DNA of 62,975 nucleotides, filler included, from Choristocarpus tenellus KU-1152 (Eukaryota > Protista > Phaeophyceae): NCBI GenBank assembly GCA_964200185.2. It is 9 parts of 9 records of this genome, joined end to end, with 100 filler letters (N's around TTAATTAATTAA, not from the genome) between each part and the next. Parts side by side here need not be neighbours in the genome. Positions count along the whole stretch, not along the records: positions 28,700 to 50,153 come from CAXNAD020000341.1; 8 more parts are not named here. One strand, 5' to 3'. The notes under the pieces were generated by a model. It was not told the origin of the DNA and searched no databases. It worked only from the letters and a program-made list of their open reading frames with translations. Each line of letters starts with the position of its first letter. Position 1 is the first letter of the stretch. Positions 36,547-49,172 of this stretch are shown one piece after another. The position numbers were made by a program, and so were the translations under genes.

Positions 36547-39500
36547 TATCTCAACCTACTCACAGTTGCGCCACAGGATGGGGTGTGGTATTTTCTTCTC
36601 CTGTTGTGTTGCTTATTGGTTACAAGGAGGGGTATGCTGAAACCTCACCGTTGCTGGAGAGGTAGACAGGTGGAGTCAGGGAAAGTATTCAGCGTAGAAC
36701 GCGATGGTCAAGGTAGAATCTTTCTTATATGGCAGGCAGAGGGGGAGATAGAAAAGCTGGCTATCATTAGAGGGTGGATCTTAGTGTAGTAATGGTACCA
36801 CATGGCTTACTTGTATTTGGGAAAATTTGTCGGAAGTATGGAATCTCTCAGTAGGAGGAAGGAATGTCTCTATCATGTTCATCAAACAGATGCGTAAGTG
36901 GCAGATTAGCAATGGGCAAGACAAGAAGTAATGAGTTATGTGGACCTCAACTCAATAGAAGAAACAAGTATATTATCGTTATTATCTCGTGTAACGGTTT
37001 GTCCTCAGTATAGCCTTTTTTTGTTTCTCTGTATGCCAAGAAAAAGGATCAGTTTGAACAGTTTTGTCCACTAGGTAAGACCTTTGTAGGTTTGTATACT
37101 TGTGGAGACCATCGTAGATAGCTCATGCATCATGATTCATGGATAGCAAGCAAGAAACACCACTTGTAATATTTGATCTTGAGCTCAACACCGAACTATG
37201 GAAGTAGTGATTGAAGGTTGGTTATTCGTGGATTGGGAAACGCTTCGCCCAAAGTAGTAGTATTTTCTTGTGTCCATGATATTCTACATTGATGGCATGC
37301 ACAAAGTAGGCAGCCGGTTCCAACTTTACAAAGCATGTACATTTTGTTATTTTTTTAATTGCTCCCTTATTAGTCTCGGGTCTAAATTGTCACCCATTTC
37401 ATGGAGGGAGCGAAGGTATCCTGTATGCTTGCAGGTGCCTTGACCAATGACTAGAGTGGTGGATGTTCCTGGTGGGCTACATTACAGGTCGGAGCTCTTC
37501 TGCTGTTTGAAGTTGTCCCAGCAAAAATCAATTCAATGTCCAACATGACAGGGAACAGAATTATTATGTAAAAATATCATGGGAAATCGCCATAGACAGC
37601 TAAACATTGTTACTTCCACAATGATACCGATACAAGCGCATTGTCCAGTGACAAGGTTAGTATGACTTGGCGGCTCAGAGGGTGTTGTGAAGAATTTGTG
37701 TTGGTGTATGCAACTATAGGGGGCAGTAAATTACGGGGAAGGTGGGTGGATTGCGTTTGGTTGACCGAGAGAGGGAATGGCAGGGGTCAAGAGGGGGGGT
37801 TTCTCCTCCCTGTTCTGATTGACACAGTCTTGACATTTAGTGCACACTGGCTAGATCAGAGCCCAGCATGCCACGCTAGACCTGAATTACTTTTGTTGGC
37901 AACAATTGCAGGTCAAGCTTTGGGACTGGACTGGATGTGACATTAATTCGAGGTAGATCCACAAATCATTTGCGGTAAGTATTCTTATTTTATTTTTCTC
38001 ATCCACGCAGGCAAATCGTTTGAACTGATGCTGAACAGAGGAAGCATAGAGTAATATGGCACACTTCAGAAAACGCACTGCTCAACGCTAACATTTGCCC
38101 TGGAATATTTGGTCATATTCAGCTAATGTCATTATCCATGACAGTGTTTGGGCAGTCTTGCTCTGTAATGTAGGTCATCACATCAGGACAATGTTCACGG
38201 ACTAAATGCCTTAGTATGCCTGTTGTCAGGCCAACATTCGGGGCTGCTTCCATTTCTTTGATCCTTTTATGTGGAAAGCAACAAGTGGAAGAGATTTGGC
38301 AAAAGAAAGTAGAAACAATGCAAACAGTGCGCACTCGGAATGTCTGTTGTCCGGGAACGCTCAGAAACATTTGATCCGTCCGTAACGTTCTTTGTCCTGG
38401 ACAATAGTTGGATTCTGTGCTCTTTACACATCCTTTTGTCCTGGGCAATGTTGGGGGTTGTTTGGTCGATAACTAACGTCTGTTCTTCAACAAACAATTG
38501 ATGAGTCGATTTGGTTCAATCGTGTTGTCCGTTGTCTGGACAGTAGTCCAGAATGAAACTCGAGAATCTTAAGTTGTCTTCTGCAAGCGTTGCTCTTGTC
38601 CAGTATGTAATATGTTAGTGTTAGAGGTACCTATCATCACTACTCCTCATTGATTCTGGACAATGTATATACGCACATACTTGTGCAGAAATTACCACGG
38701 TCAATGTTCCGTCCTGTCTGTGGTGGTGTTGATGCATGTTGCGGTGGTACCATACCCACCCCTGATAACACAGTGTAATTGTTGTACTTCCAATTATGTA
38801 CTATAATTACATTATTACAAGTTTATTTTTTGTAGAGGAGTCACACAACAAGATGGGAGCCTCCTTATCCCATGGTCTCACTTCTCACTACACACACACA
38901 TCCATCCATGGTTATGAATGAATCTGCCATATGTACGTGGAGACTTTGGGTCTCGAGACTTAGATGATTCATCTGCTGCATGTCCTCCCACACACAAGAC
39001 TATGACGCTAAAGCCATTCTTAACAAACATGGGCAATAGTCTATCTGTGAAATTAGCTACAAGAGATGGTGCTTTGTCCGTGGGAAAAGAGTATAGCAAG
39101 GTGTGTAAGTCAGAATTTTATTGCGAGTCACTCAGCAGCCTGAGATTCTTGGGTTGTGACACATCTAGCTGCATGTACAGTGTGAATGTGGCTTTGATTG
39201 CATTGCGATTCTGCATGATCATGCAACTTTCATACACGACTTCTTCTGATTTGCAACATTACATATTTTACCCACTCAACTCGTTCATTTAGAGTACACC
39301 CTTAGTGGTAGCAAATGAGTATTGACAATGCTGCAGGCTCACCAAAATAGGTACGCACTTAATAGTAACACTTGGGTCCAATGCCACCCTGTGCAACCTT
39401 CACTACACTCCTTACAGAGATTCTGGCATTGCAAGTTTATAGTGTGGGCACTATCCCACAAAGTGTTGGCACAGAGACCATGAAAATGAGTGTCGGATGC

Positions 39501-40480
39501 TCTGCAGGATCCACACACACAATAGTCAAAGTTGCCACATTTGGCGATCAGAATAGCAACAGTGAGTGCTATTCCTGGTTCACTTAATGGAGTTTTTTTA
39601 TAGATGAAATATGAGGTAATAAATGAGCAAGTGACTCTCACACCTTTCGATGCACCATAAGAGGTAGTTTTGTGTGTATTGATACATTCATCCTTCAAAG
39701 TGCAGGTTAGAACTACGACAACATGATATTATGCAAGATCTCATTTCCATAATTGGAGTCAATATCTTTGCAGTTTTCTGGATGCCCCGTGTGATTGAGT
39801 GAGTGATGAGAGAGGGAAGGCAATGGTCCAGTAGGGGTCTCATAGCGGAGGACCGTTTCACCAAACACATCTTCCTTATTACTAATGTTCCTGTTAACAA
39901 GACATTCGTATGCAAAAGCTGAACCCCTCTCCTTGCCTGATAGAGCAAGAATCACCTCCCATGTGTACACTACAGGGGAGGAAGATCAGGCAGGGAGGTT
40001 GATCGAGCTCAACAGGCATGAGAGTGAAGGAAGAAACCATTAATAACAACTCATCAACCTAACATCCACGCATCAACTCACAAACCAAGGGATTTGATCC
40101 ACTGAAGGAGAAAGTTTCTACAACCGCACCTTCCCCATCCCATTCCCCCCTTTCCCTTTGCCCAAATCCCTTCATGTGTAGTACACAAGAGAAACTTGGA
40201 TAGAGATATCACAGATACAACGCACGAAAATCTATTCCTGTAAAATAGCACCTATATACAATACAAACACTTACATATATACACTCAAGAAATGAAACTA
40301 ACTGTTCTCAAACGAGTTTCCCTCCTTCCTCAGCATCTGCCCGATCAGATAAAAGCAATACGCCTGGTGCCACACACCTGGCGCCACACTACTGGGCTCC
40401 CAGCCCTCATTCGCTTCCCCTCTCTCTACTCTTGATTCCCCCCCTCCTATGGATAGGGTTAGGGTTCTCCAGCTCACTTA

Positions 40481-40729
40481 GAGTCAAAGGAACCGAGAGG
40501 GGTGCAATTTTTGAGTTTTAAAATGGTCTTTCGTACTTCGAATAATTAAATATGACTTTGAAAAGGGTCGAGAAGGATAATAATCTTCTACAAAACTAGA
40601 TGTACCTACAAAAAGATCTAAAATGAACTCCACACCTATGGGCAGAATGCACCAAAAACACATATGCCACCAGAGAGTCAAATATGTCCTCCAAACCTCG
40701 GTGGCACCCCCTCTCGGCTACTTTCACTC
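40481..40729. mobile_element. MITE family D (~250 bp), 55 bp downstream of the AAA gene stop
   Basis: GAGTCAAAGGAACCGAGAGGGGTGC ... GCACCCCCTCTCGGCTACTTTCACTC inverted ends; TSD ambiguous. Confidence 0.75.
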
Positions 40730-40783
40730 TCACTCTTAACCTTTGTCACCCAGTTTAAGCACCTCCCCAAGGAGGACAAAGCG

Positions 40784-43700
40784 TTAACCCTTTGGTGGGG
40801 CCTCAGGGTGAGCTGCAGGAGCCATGGATTCCTTGAGGGCGGCGAGGAAGTCACCAACAGACTCCTGCTCAATCGCCATCTGTTCCACAGCAGCTGGGGT
40901 GAGTTGTGTTACGGGCCCCTCGTGGGGGTCTTTGAGTATACTTTGGAGGTTGTCCTTGTGTTCCTCCAAGACGGAATCCTTGTAGTAGTGCTGCATCATT
41001 TCCAAGGCAGCAGGGTACCTTTGGGAGTCAATGTGTTTGTGCGGGTGGGTGTTATTTTTTGGTGGGGAGGTTAAGGATTAACACGAATTTCTAAATACAA
41101 AGTGCTAGTGGAGAGTCTGGGAGAGGTATCAAGTTTGGTTCGGGCTACTGGAAAAGGGTTGCCATTTGAGAACAACTGCTGAAAGCAGGCTAATAGAAGA
41201 AGTGGCAACAGGGAATTGGGTCAGCCCTTTGGTTGCTGAGTTCCATAGTGGCTGTCGTGTATGACACTTGAGAACATATCGCCAACTACAACATCAGAAT
41301 AATTTGTTTCACATACATACCCATACTAGGAAAACATAAATATGTAGCAATATTTAGCAAATCATTTGTTCTTTCTGGGAAATTATATGCATAGTTCTAC
41401 GGAGAATCTTGAGTGTACTCCACCACTACATTATTCACACAGTGCAACAGTCTTGAACATTTGCCTTGAATTCTGAAGCAGGCCTTAGAATACAACCCCC
41501 TAACCACTACAGATGCATAAAATGGAGTGTTCTTGTACTAGACAAATATGTAATGTAGTCCTTGATGAAATGGATTAACAGTGGTACTATGTTGGAGTCG
41601 GTAATAATATCAGTGTTGGGGTTTGATTAATCCAACAATGGGAATGGGACAAGGGTCTAACAAACAGGCTAGGAAGTGAGGGGGGCAAGATCAATTTGAG
41701 TAGCAGTATAGTGTAGTCTCGTTGAGAAGTGCTTGCCGGTGAGAGGTTCAATTTTCTATGACAGTAGGCAATATAAATTTGGTGTTGCCTCATGTCATCA
41801 TGAAGGGTGGGGTAAGGCTCACTTTATAAAGTCCAATAGGATGATCTTGTCAATACGTCCTGGTCGGATGAGAGCTGTGTCAAGACGCTCAGGGTGGTTT
41901 GTAGTCATGATAACTATTCGTCCAGGGCAGTCCACCACCCCATCCAACACATTCAGCAGTCCCGCCAGGTCTAGCCTGTCAGAGGGACCCATGAACAAAC
42001 TCTTCTTGTTCGCTCTGCCTCTTCCCCTTCCTCTCCCTCCCCCGCCACCACCCATTGCACTCGCACCCATTGCCTCCACAAGTTTCACTAGTAGCTCACT
42101 GCTAGCCATACCAGTGCCATTGCATCCATGAATGTCAGCTACGGAAGTGTCTCCATCATCGTCACTGCTGCTGCTGCTAATGCTGTCAATGTCATTGTCA
42201 CTGTTTCTATTATCCTGGACACTACTGTGGTCGAAGCTGGTGTAGTCCTCATCTCCTGTACCGTACGTGCTCCCTCCACCCGGGCTCTCCCCTTTCACCG
42301 TCTTATTGCTGATGGCTTTTGCGGCAGCCTTTCCTCCCCTTTCCTCAGAATCCCCTGCCCTCTCCTCTCCCTCCCCCAAGCCTCCCCCTACCTCCACTCT
42401 GATCCTCTTATCCTCCTCCTCTACCTCCGCCTCCTCATTCTCCTTCCCCTCATCCCGCTCGTCCTCCTCCTCCACCTCCTCCTCCCACTCCTCCCTCTTT
42501 TCCTCATCCTCATCCTCATCCTCCGTTTTCTTCTTCTTCTTCTTTGATGTCATCTTCTTCTTGGGCGATTTCTTCTTTTTTTTCTCCCCATCATTCTTCT
42601 TCTTATCCTTCTTCCGTTGTTCCCTTTCCTTCCTCTTGTTTTTGACCTTCTTCTTGTTGATGCCTCTTGAAAGAACAATAGGATTGGTGGCGTCGACGTC
42701 TTCCATCACAAAGATCACGTCCTTGAAGCCCAGTTTCACAGGGAGGTCTTCTCCCATCACATTGTAGGTCTGATCATAGACCAAGTCCATCAGTTGCTGG
42801 GCATTGAATGGGACATTACACGGGTATGTGCAAAATGTGTGACAAAATTAGACATCCACAGCGAACAAGGTGTGTGACTGTGACTTGGAGGTGCAGAGTT
42901 TGAGGCTGGTTGATGCAAGTGTGATTAGAAGATAATTTTACACATACATGTGCTGCTCTCTCTCCCCCACACCTTCTTACCATACACACGGATCGAGGTG
43001 TGAACATTGCTCGCACCCCCCTTCAACCCAGCCTCCCTAAAACTGTCAGCTTGTGTAAGCAATTTCCCACTGAATGTAAGATATTATATGAGATTGTATA
43101 CAGGCACATAAGCTACCATGGTACCCACGGCACAAGCTGACACAGTTACAGGACTAGACTATCCAAATGATCCTAGCAAGAGACACAGAGGCTACACACA
43201 CATGCACACTGCAAACCTGATTGGTGGTGATTCGAGCAAGGGGCACAGAAATTATGCTGCGCTTAGTATGACACGCAAGTGCCTTGATAAGTGACGTCTT
43301 TCCTGTGCCAGGTGGGCCATGTAGTAAAATACCAAGCTTGTGAGGATAGCCCTTAATGGCATATAGACCTGGCAGTTAGTTGAGAGAGAGTTTGGAAGGA
43401 GTGTAGGTGAGATGAGGGACAACCAAGTACTCCGCTAAATATTGTTCTGATCCTATTTGACCGTTAATCGTGGATCATTTCGGTACACATGCAACCTCTT
43501 TATTGAACTCAGCTAAATCAAGTTCTCATAATAGCCTGTCAGTGAGCAGCTCGATGACCACGAACTCATTATGTCAGAGGATAGGCTTGTAGGGAAGTGG
43601 TGGCAGGACGGGGGGGGGGAAGACACGGTAGTTCTGGAGAGAAAGTGAAGTAAGATTGAGAACAGATAAGTTCCATAGTATGTTTCCTACACCTTGATTC

Positions 43701-46700
43701 TTAATAAAAGACCAAAGGTCTTGATATTCTACAACTTTTTAGTAAAAGAAGCATCAGGGAAAAGTTGCCTTATTCTCACAACTCAAACATTGTTTTCTAT
43801 GTGTTCAAATAAAGATAGAAGCCCATAAGCACCAAAAAACGCATTCCACAGTAGAAAAAGCCCCACACCCACCCCCTCCATGCTCTGGACTAAATATTAA
43901 CTGCACTAGTAGTGCAGTGTAACCCCTATGCATTCCGTAGTAGTGACCTACTCTTGAAAAGAAACCTTACCACTCCTGTCCTCAAAGCGCTTCAGCAGTG
44001 CAAGAAGTTTATCCTTCTCCGGGAAGAAGAGGGTGTCAAAGTCTTTATCGTCTGTAAGCTTGTACCTCTTGTATCTTCTTTGTCCACATTGGGAAGATCG
44101 GAAATTAGAGACCAGCAAACGAGATAGGGTACAGCAAAAAAACGAAAATAGTCAGTCAGCCAGAGACACAGACAGACCAAGACAGCCTAGGTTAAACATT
44201 GTACGTGGAGTATGTTCACATTCACATGTAGAACCGGAGTGACACCATAGTAGTCTGGGGTGATACACATAATACTCTGAAGTGTTTGTTTGGCCTGATA
44301 CAAATGCAATCAACTGACTGAGAGCACGATTAAAGCAGTAACATCAGAAAGCGAGACTCATAACAAAATAAATGCAAGAGCCTCCAAAGTGGTAAAAGCA
44401 TACAATGCAGAGGTCTCCCTTTCTACAGAGTGTATGTGTTGTATAACTCGCGAGGGCTTTGGAGTACCCATAAAGCCCTTGCAGTGCGAGGGGTCTCTCC
44501 AAAAACAATTGTAACAAAAAAGGGAGCATTCAACATGAAGCGGTTGGTCCATCAACTCAAAATAAAGCTGACTGGAAGAGAAAAGGATAGAACTGAATGG
44601 AGGGCAAAGGAACGGACTGCCAGGAAGAGTTGGGAGCTATCATTGTTTTTTTATAGGACTCTTCTCAGAAAAACTTTGCAACCCATACACATACACACAC
44701 AGTTCATAAATAACTGCCGAATAACATATGTATTAGTGCATGGACGGCGTACTTTATCAAGTCCGACGACCCCCTCTCTGAACAGGCACCGTCCGAATTA
44801 TCATGGCCTCCAGTATCGGCATCATCATCATCAGAGAGGAGTGTGTACAGGTGGCGTCCATGGTCCTCCCTCCTGGTCATCTCGGCCTTGTACCATTCAA
44901 ATGCCTGCAGGGGTTAGGTTTTGTTGGAGTGATTAAAGTTCATACAAATATTTGAGTTAGGAGCAGGGTTCTTGAAGGAAAACTTCTACCTGGAACTATA
45001 CTACAAAAAAAAAACACAACAGAAGTAGTCTTAACCATTGTATATTGCATGGATGAGGGAAAGGGGGGGACTGGGGTGGCTGAGGTTGGTGTTCAGACTG
45101 GTTGCAGCGATGTGGATGGTTTTGGGGTGGGGGAGTGGGGTGACTATTATTCAGCTCGTTGTCCAAGTAGCAAGGTGTTCAGATAAGGCCGCAACATGGA
45201 AGGTACTTCAAAAAAAAGAAGACTGGTCAATTGCCTTGCCGTATGATAAATTGTTGTGATATGTGTAATGAGAGTACAAGACAAAAATCTCCATCCTCTC
45301 CAGATACTTCCTCTCTCATTTTCAACAAATGTAACACGAATTTTGTGTTCCATAACCGTTTTCTCTGCTTCTCCTGTACTGAGTCAGTCGCCTATTGCTC
45401 TCTTCCATATGGAGTTATGCTGAATCGTTATACGATGATTATTTCCCATACTTCTAGTACATCAGTACAGACTTTGGAAAAGTCGAATTATGATCTTAGT
45501 GACTCCACCTACCCTCACCACCCCTTCCGACATTTTTTTTCCTTGTCTTCTTTGGCGGTAGGGTTACGCCTTACATGGAAATGGTCAAACAGCAGTCCTA
45601 AAAGGCCAATACTGAACAGGTATATCATCCCAAAGGCGTACCTTGAGCATGAAGGCATTGATGCGCTTGTCACCATCTCCTTGGTTACAGAGAAATTCGT
45701 ATACCACCTGAAGAAGTGAAGGGTGGAGAGAGCCAAGGACAGCAGAGTGGCACAGGTCAAGTGATTGGACCTTCCTTGAGGCAACAAGGAAGGGGGAGCA
45801 TTCTGTCAATGGGTTTCACTTCAAAGCTGTTGCTCAATTTGTTTCACTGATCTGAGAAGAAAGAACTCCCAATTACCCGGTTTTCCTTCCAAATCATTTG
45901 CGCCATTTTGAATTTCAGACGTGAAAAATCAGACGTTTAATACAACTACAATAGTGACAGGACAAAATATAAATTACGAAACACTACCTTCTTTTTGTTG
46001 TCCATATTATCTATGACGTACAATATTGGACTGTGCATGGAGGATGGAAGCAAGTGAAAACCATGTCAAAATTACTACACAGGTGATTGTGAGGTAGAGG
46101 TAGTACAGGCACCTACAAGTCCTAGCCGTCTTACCGATTTCTTCTTGTGAACTGTTCTATCTCTGTGATGATGAAGTGAGGACTCTTCGCCTTTCAACAC
46201 TGTCTCACTATTGAACTTTACGTTTGACAATGGACAGGAGTAAGTGGTAATTCCGAACGCAGCCCCACCCCAGGAGGGTGGCGGGCATGGTTGTCGGGGA
46301 TAGGGGGCAAACGGTCGGTTTTTGTTTAGAGAGAGGGTGAGGTGAGGGGAATCTGCTTGCATAATACTCCTTACTGAAAGTGCTTTGGTACAATGGATAA
46401 GAAATCAAACAAGACAATGTCGGATGGAAAGCTAGGACAGTGGTAGAGAATGGTGGTGCATGGTACACACGGTAGCCCAAGCCTTTCAGACTGTGGTAGA
46501 GATTGAGACTGGTCCATGGGTTGTGATTCTAGTAGTTCTCATTACACTTTCAGTATAGAGACAGATCTCTCACCTGGCGAAAGTATATGTGATCTTCTAT
46601 GTGTACCCACATCATATCGGGTGGGATGGTGGTCACCTGACATGAATGTACATGTACGGGGTATGTAAGTATAAGCAGTACGTGCAATTGATTGTGCTCA

Positions 46701-49172
46701 TGATTTCAACCCTCTATGGTCGCCTGCCCGCATGTTTCCACATTATTCGGTACCTGTATTGTTCTATCATGAATTAAAAGCTGATGGAATTGGTACTTCT
46801 AAAGTTCATGCTAGAAATGATGTTCATTCAATGTTTAAAGATTTTTATACTGCGGCATTACCTAATGCCCAAAAATTTGATGATATTCATTTATGTATTC
46901 CCGTTGGTTGGTGGGTTACTGAAGGAGATAGTGGAGGGAATGTGCAATTATACCCAAATTATAAGCTCTGTATTTGCAATGCAGAGTGATTAACTTGCTA
47001 CTATTGGCTCTCTACGTGTCATATCTAACAAGGCTTCTTCTCCACCTTTTTCATATAACTCTTGGAATCTATAGTAACTATCTCTGCTATAACCCATTGT
47101 CTACATGCTGCTGATATGTTGCCTAAACTTTTTGCAAGCTCTAATAATCCTACACAATTATGCAGTTTCAGACGTAGACTTACCTAGCGGCGTTAAAGTA
47201 GTTGCCAAATCCTTATTTGATAATACCATTCAGGCCATAGCAAACCCTGATTACAAATCTATAAGTTTTCAAGGACATCCTGAAGCTGGTCCTGGCCCGA
47301 GAGATTGTTATTACATATTTGACTATTTCCTTAAACAAATTAATAAATACTAATTATGCCAAAAGATAAAAGTTAAAAAATATATTAGTAATTGGCGCTG
47401 GACCTATAGTAATCGGTCAAGCCTCTGAATTTGATTATTCTGGTACACAAGCTTGTAAAGCATTAACTGAAGATGGATATGAAGTAGTTTTGATTAATTC
47501 TAATCCAGCGAAGGCTCTATGAGCAAACAGTGAACAAGCGATGAAGTATGTATACCTGACCCACAAACAGGGCTTCTGTGGTTGTCGTTACAATGAACCT
47601 CCGTGGTTCAGAGTTCGGGATGGTCAAGACTTTGATCCACACATGGCATGCCATAAGAAGAAATGAGGATGGAAAGGCGTAGAGGGTTGTAGTGCTTTTC
47701 ATTTTGCCAACACCCAAGTATAACTTGTAGGCTAGGCTGCAACATGTTGACCTCGCCAGGCATTTGTCTTTGGTAACCTCTGAGTAGCTTTCAGTCCCTA
47801 AGCAATACTTCTACTACTTTGTTACTAACTGGAATTCTATTGTGAAAACCCCCAAGCAGAATACACTACCAACGACTCTTTTGTGATGTAAACACGTCAA
47901 ATTCAAATCATCTACCACAGGCAATAAATTTAAACTTGATCTGAACACTTGCAACACCATTATTTGCCAACTCTCTACCTCAATCCATGTTTCTGTAGCA
48001 CACAAACAGTAACATTTCTCAAACACATGCTTAGGTTGATGCCACCAATCTGTCCAACCTAAGGAGACAAGGAGGTTGGATGTAGGGTTCTTGATAGGTC
48101 TCACCTCATAAGCCTTGAGTTGGTCTGAGGTATCACCATAAACTACGCAGCCATCCCACGAATCTTCATACTTAGCCTTTTCCTTGATAGAGGTCAGCAG
48201 CACTTTTCCCTTCCTGAATGGTAGATTCATCTGCTTCACCAGAGGAGAAGGTGGATTGGAGTGAGGAACAAGAAAGGACACATCGTGTAGGTGAGGAAGG
48301 GGTCATTAGTCAAACCCTAACCCCGACAAGGACACAAGCTCATGGGGCATGACTCTGGATGAACTTTCCTACTTTCCTTGTTTGATCACTTTTGAGTACA
48401 CTTCCTGCTCTTTGGCATATCGGACATGCTTACCTGACCAATATAAAGCATGACAGCCTTCTGAATGATGTTGTTCCGAGAACCCTCCATCTCATCACTG
48501 TCTCTGCTGTTGTGGTTGTGCGTACTCTGGAGCACGAAACGATCGGGGCAGGCGAAGAAGAGAAGGGATAACATGCGTCAGTGGGGATAGAGGTGAGGGT
48601 GGGATATAGAAGAAACGGAGTCAACTATTGCTGAGGCAAGATTTGGCATAAGACTCTTGCAACAGGAGTGGCAATCCTTTTTCTCATGTGAATTTTAAAG
48701 TTCGTGCTACTGTAAAATTTCTTTCACTAATTGTGTCTGGAAATATTGAAAATACCGCAGGTACCACACCCTGCTCTGCCTCAATTTCACCAGGCATCTC
48801 CTTCCCAGGCACAAATTGTCCGAACTCAACTTTCCTCCTTCCTAACATATACTTCAAGGAACCTACTATCTAAACCACTCATTACTGTTGTCAAGTCAAT
48901 CTTACGTCGAATTATTGGCCCATCAAGGTATAGAGATTTCATGGAATAATGTATCGGGCTCATCGACCAACACTCGCCTTCTCGAAGATTACCATACGTC
49001 GGAAGGCCCTGCCCTGCACTAGATGCGCCGAACGTTCCTTGAAATATTGACCACCAAAAACAAATGCCGCAATAACTCCGTTGATAACAAGGGGGATGCA
49101 AAGGGCAACAATCATGTCCGTCACCACATTGCCCGTCCTCAAGGCGTTGAGGATGCCCACCTGCATGTTCAT
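40784..49172 (-). CDS. BCS1-like AAA+ ATPase; exons 49172-48978, 48526-48434, 48230-48105, 46636-46574, 46215-46135, 45707-45642, 44904-44753, 44074-43971, 43368-43217, 42796-41823, 41018-40784
   Basis: Eleven exons join in frame. N-terminal TM helix ([17 protein letters not shown]), [16 protein letters not shown], Walker [12 protein letters not shown], Walker [10 protein letters not shown], and [40 protein letters not shown]. The start codon is tentative. Confidence 0.9.
46759..46930 (+). pseudogene. Fragment of a DegT/DnrJ/EryC1/StrS-family sugar aminotransferase C-terminus (foreign, intronic)
   Basis: [53 protein letters not shown] fits the family C-terminal pattern (L...GI....H......LP......hh.IP....T); AT-rich codons. 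Confidence 0.6.
46993..47153 (-). pseudogene. IS481-family transposase N-terminal (HTH) fragment, frameshifted
   Basis: [18 protein letters not shown][-1][32 protein letters not shown] matches the GLLxLAxxLGNVSxACxxMGYSRDxFYR signature of IS481 elements. Confidence 0.85.
47153..47353 (+). pseudogene. carA: Bacterial carbamoyl-phosphate synthase small subunit, 3' fragment
   Basis: HNYAV..LP...[10 protein letters not shown].....[24 protein letters not shown]; stop at 47351-47353. Confidence 0.92.
47356..47510 (+). pseudogene. carB: Bacterial carbamoyl-phosphate synthase large subunit, 5' fragment with frameshift
   Basis: ATG 2 bp after the carA stop; MPKDKS[-1][45 protein letters not shown], then an abrupt end. 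Confidence 0.95.

Noticed and set aside
47105-47510. Functional horizontally acquired carAB
   Set aside because: Both genes are truncated, carB is frameshifted, and they lie antisense within an intron.
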